Source of the DNA: an uncultured Candidatus Peribacteria bacterium
Lineage (GTDB): Bacteria > Patescibacteriota > Gracilibacteria > UBA4473
NCBI GenBank assembly: GCA_964513975.1
Contig: CAZEON010000002.1
Coordinates: forward strand, 1 to 51,154
Direction: 5' to 3'
Length of the DNA stretch: 51,154 nt
The position numbers and the translations under genes are program-made. Positions 9,827 to 18,454 of the stretch are shown here, one piece after another. A model generated the notes under the pieces. That model was not told where the DNA came from, did not search any database, and saw only the letters and a program-made list of their open reading frames with translations. Every line of letters starts with the position of its first letter. Position 1 is the first letter of the stretch.

Positions 9827-9979
9827 TCACCCTCTTACAATCGCTAGGAAGACTTGAGAGACTTCAAACAAAGCCTTTCCAACCGTTGATACCTTTTCTT
9901 CAGAAATATTCGCTCCAGCCAACTGCTCATCGATTTTACGAAGAGTATTTTTTAGAGATTCCTGTTGAGGCGATTTCAT
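9827..9979 (-). CDS. hypothetical small protein (50 aa)
   Basis: Hand-translated ATG..TGA ORF (MKSPQQESLKNTLRKIDEQLAGANISEEKVSTVGKALFEVSQVFLAIVRG). It is below the track cutoff and sits between the 377-aa gene and the recombinase on the same strand. There is no homology evidence. Confidence 0.25.
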   Translation of the reverse strand: MKSPQQESLKNTLRKIDEQLAGANISEEKVSTVGKALFEVSQVFLAIVRG

Positions 9980-10047
9980 TGCCTCTCTATCGTATTTATC
10001 TACAAAAGGAAATCTGATCCGAAAACACTGAGGAAATTAGAGGAAAT

Positions 10048-11181
10048 TCAGGAATTTTGTCTCCATACCCAAAAATCAGGATTAAAAATTACCATTTTTC
10101 CATTCTCTTCACTTACAATACTTATTATAGAAACATCCCCCTTCATACCAAGTTTTTTCTTTATATTGTCCTGAAAATCTCGCAAATTTTCCTCTGCTTT
10201 TTTTTCTGTTCTTGTATTTGCCCCATTTACTATTTCATCCAAAGCAAATTTTCCATTGTGTTTTTGCACTAATCTACAGGCAACAGATGGAACTTTTCCT
10301 TGATACATTTCATGGAAAGTTTTTCCTTCATATTGAAGTTTAAGATATGAGGCAATAAATATTTTCCCTTCTATAGATTTCTCCTCTAAATCTTTTATCT
10401 TTCCATCTTCTACCGCAAACTCTAAATCCTGAAGAACGGACTCCCACGAAGACAATATAGATTCTTTTTGCTGAAAATCGTGATAATCGTCTGGTAGTGG
10501 AATAAAATAACAAATTAGTTTTTCTTTTTTGGGGTCTTTACTACACCAAGAAAAGGGATTTTTTAAATCTCTGCGTAGATAATAATCTTTTAATAATCTT
10601 AAATAACGATATTGTGTTTGTCCTTTAGGATGTCTAAAAAATTCCTCTAATAAAAGATATATTTCTCGAAGGGGTTTAGTTGTTTTTTTATCTGTTAAAA
10701 GAAGTAGTAATTTATTTATTTCAGGTAAAGCATAAATCCACTCTTTCTTTTTTGTAAATCCATCTGGATCAAATGTTTGGAAATAAAAATCCTTTGTTTT
10801 TATTCCTCTTAAAATATTTTTTATGTGATCTTTCGTCTGAATATTGCAAAATTCACCATTTTCTAAAAGATTTTTAAAGGGATAAGAGATATTATTTTGA
10901 ATCTTTTTTAATTGTTCTTCTGATATTTTTATACTTTCAGGTTCGCATACGATCTTATTTATATAATCAAGGTATTTATTGAATAAGGATGAAAATTCTT
11001 CTGTCTCAAATCTATCTGAATACCAATACAAAATAGGTCGTATGTAATTCCAGAAACAAGGAGATTCAAAAAGACGAGAACAAACACTATCTCTAAGAAA
11101 AGAATTAAAGTCGTCTTTTTTGTTGTCTGAAAGACTTTGTATCCGCAAATAAGCCTCTTTTATTAAATCTAGTTCGTTCAT
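10048..11181 (-). CDS. hypothetical protein (377 aa), island cargo
   Basis: Long uninterrupted ORF in AT-rich DNA with no competing frame. No motif recognised. Confidence 0.55.
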   Translation of the reverse strand: MNELDLIKEAYLRIQSLSDNKKDDFNSFLRDSVCSRLFESPCFWNYIRPILYWYSDRFETEEFSSLFNKYLDYINKIVCEPESIKISEEQLKKIQNNISYPFKNLLENGEFCNIQTKDHIKNILRGIKTKDFYFQTFDPDGFTKKKEWIYALPEINKLLLLLTDKKTTKPLREIYLLLEEFFRHPKGQTQYRYLRLLKDYYLRRDLKNPFSWCSKDPKKEKLICYFIPLPDDYHDFQQKESILSSWESVLQDLEFAVEDGKIKDLEEKSIEGKIFIASYLKLQYEGKTFHEMYQGKVPSVACRLVQKHNGKFALDEIVNGANTRTEKKAEENLRDFQDNIKKKLGMKGDVSIISIVSEENGKMVIFNPDFWVWRQNS

Positions 11182-11452
11182 CTAGTCGGAATGTAGCACT
11201 TTTTGTCTAAATTATTAAAAATAGTTATTTTCTTCCTGAAACTCTGTCATCGAACAAGTAACGAGGATTAAAAAAGCCTCTCGCACAAAAAGACAAAGTG
11301 TTACCTACGCTAAGACTTAAGGCATACACTTTACTCGTTTGTGCGTACTTGTCCTTCATTCTTGAGTTTCTTCTAATTTTTTGGCTTTTAGTTCAATATT
11401 TATTTCTTTCAAAACTTTAAAAAAATCTACAAGATTCTTTAATGCTTCGGGG

Positions 11453-11977
11453 TTAAGTTTTTTTATTCTCATAATGCTTTTTCTTTTTCAGCGCATTTCT
11501 TAGTTGTTCCCATTTAGAACTCGTTGCCTTACTTCGTATTGCTTTCTTATATATTGATTGGCATATTTTCGTTGCAGATATTTTTGTTTGTTCTTCGAAC
11601 GGAAGTTTGAGAAACTTGCTATGAAATTCTAACAATAATAGTTGTCTTTGCGTCTTAGGAATGTTCAATATAAAATCTGGAAATAATTTTTTTGTTTGTC
11701 CGTCATTTTTGTCCTCTGGGAATCCATTATCTAAGATCGGTTCGTCAAAAAGTTCTTCTAAAAATTTATCCATATCCTGTTCTTTCTGCATCATTTTTTG
11801 CCACTCGCTTAGTTCGTTTAAATCTTTGTTTTGTTTTTTAGGTTTCGATGTTTTTGTAGGTTCTTCTTTTATTTTTCTTTTTTCATCTTTTCCCGTTTTT
11901 ACGAACGTATAGTATAAATAAATACAAAAACTAATCATTAGACAAACCGCAAGCGTAGACATAAGATTATCGAACAT
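11453..11977 (-). CDS. hypothetical membrane-anchored, Lys/Glu-rich protein (174 aa)
   Basis: A single N-terminal hydrophobic helix is followed by a highly charged region. The ORF ends directly after an A7 run on the coding strand, and an open +1 frame continues beyond it. Confidence 0.45.
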   Translation of the reverse strand: MFDNLMSTLAVCLMISFCIYLYYTFVKTGKDEKRKIKEEPTKTSKPKKQNKDLNELSEWQKMMQKEQDMDKFLEELFDEPILDNGFPEDKNDGQTKKLFPDFILNIPKTQRQLLLLEFHSKFLKLPFEEQTKISATKICQSIYKKAIRSKATSSKWEQLRNALKKKKHYENKKT

Positions 11978-12017
11978 ATCAGAATAAATTAACTAACTTT
12001 TTAAGGTTGAATACCTT

Positions 12018-12599
12018 TTACTTCAATTTTTCCATTTCTGAAATCATTTGTCTATATCGTTCAATTGCTGGTAGATCGAGATATCGAGAAAGCATTGCGT
12101 GACACTCTTTTTCAAACCAAAGTTTTTCTTTTTTTTCACGATTGAACTTTCCCCAGATTTGTTTTCCCTGTTTCTCATGTTCGTTCAAAACAGATTTGAG
12201 ATTGGAAATTTTATCATAAAGACAGACAATTTTTGACTCTTGGGAAGCCTTTTCCACTCGATTGAGATAGTCCTTTTTTTTCAATTCCCAGTCTTTCCGA
12301 TCATTAAAATCTGGATTTTCTATGACTCCTAGGACAATTTTGAGAACAGTTTTTCCACAGACAGATCCCAATTCTTCTTTTGCACATTTTGTATCTTCTA
12401 AAAGATCATGACACAATGCTGCTGAGATTAATTCTGGTGTCGCTTTTTCCAAAAAATCACGATGAATCATCGTTGCAACGTCGAACAAGTGGATTAGGTA
12501 CGAGTGTTTCCCCAACTTACGGATTTGTCTAGAGTGATATTGGCAGATAAGATCAATAGCATCGTCGATCAATGTGGAATTAGTAAAGTGCTGAATCAT
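12018..12599 (-). CDS. HD-domain (p)ppGpp-hydrolase-like small alarmone hydrolase (RSH/Mesh1/SpoT hydrolase family)
   Basis: Motifs H..Q.RK..., YLIHLFDVA, ALCHDLLEDT and LYDKISNLKSV match the RelA/SpoT hydrolase signatures H..HP..VA, HDxxEDT and ADRLHNxR. The start is moved to MIQHF (ATG at 12599) to remove the overlap with the upstream ORF. Confidence 0.75.
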   Translation of the reverse strand: MIQHFTNSTLIDDAIDLICQYHSRQIRKLGKHSYLIHLFDVATMIHRDFLEKATPELISAALCHDLLEDTKCAKEELGSVCGKTVLKIVLGVIENPDFNDRKDWELKKKDYLNRVEKASQESKIVCLYDKISNLKSVLNEHEKQGKQIWGKFNREKKEKLWFEKECHAMLSRYLDLPAIERYRQMISEMEKLK

Positions 12600-12624
12600 T
12601 TGTGTAGAAGATAAAAAATAAAAA

Positions 12625-13074
12625 TTAGTTTCGTTCTTCAAGAGGAAGGATAACGCCATCCATTTGAATTTGAGAAATATATTGGAAATTTCTATCGTAA
12701 TTAGGACTGCTATTTTTTCCAAAGGAAAAATCCATTGAAATAACATTATTTTCTCGTGTGATGAGATTTATTTTGAACCACGTAATATAATCAAGAGTGG
12801 CAACATTGCCTTCGTCCAGAACAATTTTCTCGAAAGGCTTGAGATGTCCTCGGTCTTTGATTCCTATTGGGGGAAAACTTAGTCCATTCCCAAACATTCC
12901 TGTGTATACAAGTACGTGTAGATAAGTTCGCTCAACTGGATTAATGAGAAAAACTTTGAAATCGTTTGTTTTTTTTCCTTCTTCATCTGGAACATATTTA
13001 CAGAACGCAATAAACGGTTTTAGTTCTTGTATTGTGGTAAAAAGGGAATTGTAGCTGGTGAGTTGGTCTGTCAT
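12625..13074 (-). CDS. hypothetical protein (149 aa), first gene of the operon with the alarmone hydrolase
   Basis: ORF with the start taken at MTDQLTSYN. It lies 25 bp upstream of the HD gene on the same strand. No motif recognised. Confidence 0.45.
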   Translation of the reverse strand: MTDQLTSYNSLFTTIQELKPFIAFCKYVPDEEGKKTNDFKVFLINPVERTYLHVLVYTGMFGNGLSFPPIGIKDRGHLKPFEKIVLDEGNVATLDYITWFKINLITRENNVISMDFSFGKNSSPNYDRNFQYISQIQMDGVILPLEERN

Positions 13075-13438
13075 TTTGAAAAGGGATGAAAAAATAAAAA
13101 AAAACGACATGGGAAATTCTTAACACACCAAAAAGGTGTAAAGAATCTTCCAAATCGTTTTCCACAATTCAGTCAATCTTGTTCATATGGGTCTTCAACA
13201 GACTCTAGCCTCTAACCGAGTTCCACAAGTGGAACAAAACAAGATGGATTGGATAAACCGTCCAAACTCGAGTGTTAATCGAAAGAACAAATGTAGTGTA
13301 GCATGTTTTTAAAAGAAAGTCATTATCATAATTTGTAAAAAGATAGAAATCATTTAAATTGTTTCTGCACTTTTTAGAATAATAAAATACCCAAATGTGG
13401 AATTTTCCCGTAGGGAAATATTGTATGCCAATAAAGAT

Positions 13439-13512
13439 GGGGCGATTGACTCGTCTTTATGGTATACCGCAAGGGATATTCTAAAAGGTGCACGATAAGT
13501 CGCCCCTTTTTT
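13439..13512 (+). promoter_or_regulatory. terminator-like stem (GGGGCGA...TCGCCCC) plus T6 ending 2 nt before the mod ATG; possible attenuator or leader structure
   Basis: A 7-bp GC-rich closing helix (13439-13445 with 13500-13506) encloses about 54 nt. It is followed by TTTTTT (13507-13512), then AA and the ATG at 13515. Confidence 0.35.
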
Positions 13513-13514
13513 AA

Positions 13515-15248
13515 ATGAATTCACAAAATCAGTTACCAAAAGAAGATTTATTGGCTCAAATTAAAGAGTTAAATAAGGAAATACAAAAATTAAAAGCCAG
13601 AAAAAAATACGGTCTAGTCTGGGAAGACAAACCAGAAGAATTTGATGAAAAGACAAAGGATGCTTTGCCTATTTTAAAGGAGAAAGAGAGCGAAGCATTT
13701 CAAGAGATCAAAACAGATAGAAATAAACCGATGAATATTTTAATTGAGGGAGATAATTATCATTCTCTTTCTGTTTTAAATTATACGCATAAAGAATCCA
13801 TTGATGTTATCTACATTGATCCTCCTTACAACACAGGGAATAAGAGTTGGAAATATAATAATGATTATGTAGAAAAAGATGATCGCTTTAAACATAGTAA
13901 ATTTATTTCATTTATAAACAGACGGTTACATTTAGCTCGTAATTTATTAAAAAAATCAGGTATTTTAATATTTGCTATTGATGATTACGAAATTCATTCA
14001 ATGAGATTATTATTGGATGAAATCATGGGGCAGGAAAACAGAATAGGAACTGTTGTCGTTCAACATAATCCGCGAGGACGAAGTGATGATAAATTCTTTG
14101 CTACTTCTCACGAATATCTGCTTTTTTACGCAAAAGATTCTTCGCAAGCATCAGTTGATTTATTAGCTTTATCTGATGAACAAGAAGCGGCTTTTCGTTT
14201 AGAGGATGAAGTGTCAAAATATAGACTATTACCGTTTAGAAGAAGTGGATCTAATTCTCGTAGAATAGATCGTCCTAAATTGTTTTATCCTCTCTATTTT
14301 AATCCCCAAACGAAGGAATCTTCCCTAGAAAAAATATCTGGATCTATTGAACTTTTTCCAATAGATACAAGTGGAACAGAACGATGTTGGCGTTGGGGAA
14401 AGGAATCCTTGGCAAAAGCTATGAAATCAGAGTTGGTAATTACTGAAAATAAAGGAAAATATATAGTAAAATTAAAAGATCGTATTAAAACAGGACGAAA
14501 GGCTAAGACGGTATGGGTTGATCCAAAATATGATGCATCTTCACACGGAACGATTCTGATTGAAAAAATATTACAAAAAAATAAATCTTTTGATTATCCG
14601 AAATCATTATATGCCGTAATAGACTCTCTACAGATTACAGCAGGAAGTAATAAATCAGCTGTTATTTTAGATTTTTTCGCAGGATCAGGAACAACTGGAC
14701 ACGCTACATTAGCACTAAATAACGAAGATGACGGAAATAGACAATTTATTTTATGTACAAATAATGAAAATAATATCTGTGAAGATGTTACTTTTGAGCG
14801 CGTAAAAAGAGTAATGGAAGGGTATAAAAATCAAAAAGGAGAAGGCATTGAAGGATTGGGGGGAAATTTAAAATATTTACAAACAGACTTTTTACAAAAA
14901 CAACAATCTGAAAGATCAATCACAGATGAAGATAAATTGAATTTAACTCACAAAGTAGGATGTATATTGGCACTTAAAGAAAACACTTTTGAGGAAATTA
15001 AAAAGAATGATTTTTATCAAATCTATGAATCAAAGGATCAGGTTACAGGGATTTATTTCCGTGAAAACACAGAGAGGTTAGATGAACTTGTAGATATGCT
15101 CTCAGCGAGAAAAGAGAGAAAGGTAAAACTTTATATTTTCTCTTGGGATAAAGGAGAATATAAAAATTCTTTTCCTGAGCATAAAAACATTGTTTGTGAA
15201 GATATTCCCGAACCTATTTTAGAGGTTTACAAAAATATTGGTCTTTAA
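13515..15248 (+). CDS. mod: Type III restriction-modification system methyltransferase (Mod), N6-adenine type
   Basis: Motif IV (IYIDPPYNTG) precedes motif I (DFFAGSGTTGHA), which is the beta-class order. It is 577 aa and sits immediately upstream of a Res-type helicase-nuclease. Confidence 0.85.
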   Translation: MNSQNQLPKEDLLAQIKELNKEIQKLKARKKYGLVWEDKPEEFDEKTKDALPILKEKESEAFQEIKTDRNKPMNILIEGDNYHSLSVLNYTHKESIDVIYIDPPYNTGNKSWKYNNDYVEKDDRFKHSKFISFINRRLHLARNLLKKSGILIFAIDDYEIHSMRLLLDEIMGQENRIGTVVVQHNPRGRSDDKFFATSHEYLLFYAKDSSQASVDLLALSDEQEAAFRLEDEVSKYRLLPFRRSGSNSRRIDRPKLFYPLYFNPQTKESSLEKISGSIELFPIDTSGTERCWRWGKESLAKAMKSELVITENKGKYIVKLKDRIKTGRKAKTVWVDPKYDASSHGTILIEKILQKNKSFDYPKSLYAVIDSLQITAGSNKSAVILDFFAGSGTTGHATLALNNEDDGNRQFILCTNNENNICEDVTFERVKRVMEGYKNQKGEGIEGLGGNLKYLQTDFLQKQQSERSITDEDKLNLTHKVGCILALKENTFEEIKKNDFYQIYESKDQVTGIYFRENTERLDELVDMLSARKERKVKLYIFSWDKGEYKNSFPEHKNIVCEDIPEPILEVYKNIGL

Positions 15249-15256
15249 AAAATGCA

Positions 15257-15404
15257 AGTAAATATCCCTGGGCTTACGCCACAGGGCATTTCAACTGAAT
15301 TCAAGCGAAGCTTGTCCTAATTTTGTTTTGGATAACAAAACTTCATTAGGATTTTTTCCATCCCTCGCCCTGACGGGACGGGGAATTTCTAGCGGATTAT
15401 TAAA
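15257..15404 (+). repeat. 148-bp structured repeat unit, copy A (identical to 28776-28923); IS200-associated miniature element inserted at the res start
   Basis: Base-by-base identity with copy B was checked by eye. The unit contains four hairpins, including CCCTG-GGC-TTAC-GCC-A-CAGGG and TCCC-TCG-CCC-TGAC-GGG-AC-GGGGA. Confidence 0.85.
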
Positions 15405-17763
15405 AAACTTCCAAGAATCGGCTGTTCAATCATTAAAACAAACTTTTTATAACTTGTGGAAATTGGGAAATAGAAGAATTCCTTTGGTTTTCAAGTCTCC
15501 AACAGGAAGTGGAAAAACAATTATGGTTGCTGAATTCTTACGAAGAATATCAGGGGATATGCAATTTGAAGCAGATAAGGCTTTTGTTTGGGTTTCGTTT
15601 AATGAAGAGTCCTATCTTCAAAGTAAGAAAAAACTGTTTGATTATTTTAACTCAGGTGTCTCAAATTTGAATCTGTTGGATTTGAATGATTTAGGAAATG
15701 GGAAATTAAAAAGAAATGAAGTGTTTTTTATTAACTGGCAAAAGGTTGTCTCAAGGGCAAAGGACAATCGTGTGTTACGAACAGAGGGAGAAGCAAATAC
15801 TACTTTTGATGAATTTATTCAAAAAACTCACGCAGATGGACGTGAAATTGTATTGATTGTAGATGAATGTCATTTAATGAAAACCACCGATTTAGCACAA
15901 GAAATCATTGATATAATTGATCCGAGAATTGAAATTTGTGTATCGGCAACTCCTCTTGATCAAGATATTATAAAAAGCGTACAAGAAGGCGGTTTTATCT
16001 CTGTAAAACATCAAGATGTAGTTGAAGAAGGCTTGATCAAAGAGCAAATTAAAATTATGCCAAAAGAAGAAATTGATTCTTTGGAGTTAAGAAAAGAAAT
16101 GGATTTAGATTCTTTACTTTTAGAGTTAGCGATACAGAAAAAGAAAGAAATTGAAAATGACTATAGACAGCTTGGACTAAACATAAACCCATTAGTTTTA
16201 ATTCAACTTCCGAATGATGAAACAGCAATAGCAGGTGCAAAAGGGCAAAATAAACTAAGTTTTGTGAAAGAATTTTTAGATAAGAAAAAAGTTTGCGATG
16301 GCGACACTGCTATTTGGTTGTCTGAAAAGAAAGAAAATCTAGCTGAAATTACTACAAACACTTCAAATGTTGATTATTTGATATTCAAACAGGCTGCTGC
16401 GACTGGTTGGGATTGTCCAAGAGCACAAATTATTGTAATGTTTCGCGAAATTCAATCTCCTACATTTAGAACACAAGTTTTGGGGCGTATATTAAGAATG
16501 CCCGAAGCCTATCATTATCCATCTTCTTTATTAAACAACGCTTATGTTTATACTTCATATGAACAAAAGGAGATTGAAATTCAACAGCAAAAAATAGGAG
16601 AAAATAAATCAGCAATTTACAAATCTGAATTACGTATAGGGCTTGAGAATATTTCATTACCTTCCACTTTTTTTAAACGTGGAACATATAATGACCTAGG
16701 AGATTCTTTCCAGAAAACTTTCATTAAGGTTGCAAACGAATCCTTTGGAATAGCTGGAAATGAAATAGGACAGCAGGGCGAAAATAAATTAAAAGAGAAG
16801 GGACTTGATATTTTAGCTACACAAATTACAAATCATTTGATTGTCGATGCAAAAGTTGAAGTATATGACGACTTTATTGCACAGTTAGAAAAATCCGCTG
16901 AACATTTAGATCACAAAGCATCCTTTCACGATACAGAAAAACTGTATAATCTGCTTTGTTTTAAAGAAATCAACATTCAGGAAGAACAAGTGAAGAAATT
17001 TGTTCCAGAACGTTCTTGGTCAAAATTAAAGAGAAGTTTAAATGTATGGTTGAAAGAGCATATTTCTATTCAAAATCCGCCTTTATATGGAATTATCTGC
17101 AATGACTTATTAAAAGAAAATTCAAGCGTTCTTCGTCCTATAATCGCAAAAGCATTAGAAGCATATAAACCGATCAGAAACAAAGAGGAAGAAGAAAAGT
17201 TGGCAAAAATCAAAGAACCTTTAACCTTTTCCTTATCTGATGAATATCGCTTTACAGATGATTATGAAGAATTCGAACTTCAAAAAGGCACGTATCCAAT
17301 TGTTTCAGCAATTAAGCCCTTCTTTTTGCATAAAAAAGCCACAAGCGGACTGGAAAAGAATTTTATCCGTTATGTAGAGAATAATGCTGAAAAAATAGAT
17401 TGGTGGTTTAAGAATGGAGATTATGGGCGACAAAACTTGGCGATTGAATACAAGGATTCAAATGAGGAATTAAGATTGTTTTATCCTGACTTTATAATCA
17501 AACAGGGTAATAAAATTGGGTTACTTGATACAAAAGGAGGGATGATAGCTAAAGATGCCAAAGAGAAGGCTGAGGCTCTTCAGAAATACATTAAAAAATT
17601 CAATGAAAAAGGAATTTTTGAAAAATTTGAATATAAATCTTTAAATATCAAATTATGGGGAGGAATAATTACTGAATCTGGTGGATTATGGAAATTGAAT
17701 AATCAAAAGGATTACAAATTTAATTCGAATGATTTGAGTTCTTGGGTAAATTTTAAACTGTAG
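15328..17763 (+). CDS. res: Type III restriction enzyme Res subunit (SF2 helicase plus C-terminal PD-(D/E)xK nuclease); 5' end disrupted or re-templated by the 148-bp element
   Basis: Walker A is KSPTGSGKT, the DEAH-type motif is VDECH, and the C-terminal nuclease motif is YPDF...LLDTKG. The annotated TTG start and the first ~26 codons lie inside the repeat, so the true start is uncertain. Confidence 0.8.
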   Translation: MDNKTSLGFFPSLALTGRGISSGLLKNFQESAVQSLKQTFYNLWKLGNRRIPLVFKSPTGSGKTIMVAEFLRRISGDMQFEADKAFVWVSFNEESYLQSKKKLFDYFNSGVSNLNLLDLNDLGNGKLKRNEVFFINWQKVVSRAKDNRVLRTEGEANTTFDEFIQKTHADGREIVLIVDECHLMKTTDLAQEIIDIIDPRIEICVSATPLDQDIIKSVQEGGFISVKHQDVVEEGLIKEQIKIMPKEEIDSLELRKEMDLDSLLLELAIQKKKEIENDYRQLGLNINPLVLIQLPNDETAIAGAKGQNKLSFVKEFLDKKKVCDGDTAIWLSEKKENLAEITTNTSNVDYLIFKQAAATGWDCPRAQIIVMFREIQSPTFRTQVLGRILRMPEAYHYPSSLLNNAYVYTSYEQKEIEIQQQKIGENKSAIYKSELRIGLENISLPSTFFKRGTYNDLGDSFQKTFIKVANESFGIAGNEIGQQGENKLKEKGLDILATQITNHLIVDAKVEVYDDFIAQLEKSAEHLDHKASFHDTEKLYNLLCFKEINIQEEQVKKFVPERSWSKLKRSLNVWLKEHISIQNPPLYGIICNDLLKENSSVLRPIIAKALEAYKPIRNKEEEEKLAKIKEPLTFSLSDEYRFTDDYEEFELQKGTYPIVSAIKPFFLHKKATSGLEKNFIRYVENNAEKIDWWFKNGDYGRQNLAIEYKDSNEELRLFYPDFIIKQGNKIGLLDTKGGMIAKDAKEKAEALQKYIKKFNEKGIFEKFEYKSLNIKLWGGIITESGGLWKLNNQKDYKFNSNDLSSWVNFKL

Positions 17764-18076
17764 ATATTGTTTTACTTTTTAGACTGCTCCCAAAAACGGA
17801 TTCATTTTAAAAAGATCAAGACCTTTCTCCTGACTTTTTCACTATAAATTGTATAGTTATCTTTATATTTACTTAACACAATAGACCTTGTTCAACCCTA
17901 AAAAAACACACTAAAAACACTCATTATCCACTTCCACAAAGGTCTAAAGGATTTTGTTGTTAGAAATGATTTTTGGGTAAGTATTTGTCAAGACCTTAAG
18001 GCAAAAAACATGAAAACAGGGTTTATTCTTTCTATAAAAGGGATATTGCTGTTTTTAAAAGTATTACTTTACAATA

Positions 18077-18454
18077 TTAAAATATCTCCTCCACCATTCC
18101 TTTTTTCGCACTTCCTCGGTATCTTAAATTAAGACATTCTCTACATGCAAAAACCTCATTCAAAGGATGTTTATATAGAACTCCCTTTCTTTTTTTGCAA
18201 ACAGGACAAGCAAACCATAACCGATTCCCTCCAAATCCCGTTTTGCTAGTGAGTAATTTTATATTGCTACCAACACTCTCCGTTTGTAGTTGCGACTGCA
18301 CAAGGGTCTTCTTAAGCTCGAATAAGGCTATTTTTATCAACTGGTTTATATCAACCTTTTGACATTCATCCGTAAGGAAACAATTCTCTCCTGTGCACGT
18401 GCTTAAAAAATTAGAATTTCCGTAATCATTTGGAGGCATTGATTTTTGATTCAT
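18077..18454 (-). CDS. hypothetical Zn-ribbon protein (125 aa)
   Basis: C-terminal CPVC...x17...CREC four-Cys motif. Its start overlaps the stop of the upstream 289-aa ORF by 4 bp. Confidence 0.45.
   Translation of the reverse strand: MNQKSMPPNDYGNSNFLSTCTGENCFLTDECQKVDINQLIKIALFELKKTLVQSQLQTESVGSNIKLLTSKTGFGGNRLWFACPVCKKRKGVLYKHPLNEVFACRECLNLRYRGSAKKGMVEEIF

Noticed and set aside
15257-15404. Possibility that the 148-bp element in res is a self-splicing intron or IStron-type element that would leave res intact
   Set aside because: At 148 nt it is far too short for a group I or group II intron core, and I see no P7/P3-like or domain V-like elements. It is kept only as an insertion or miniature IS200-derived element.
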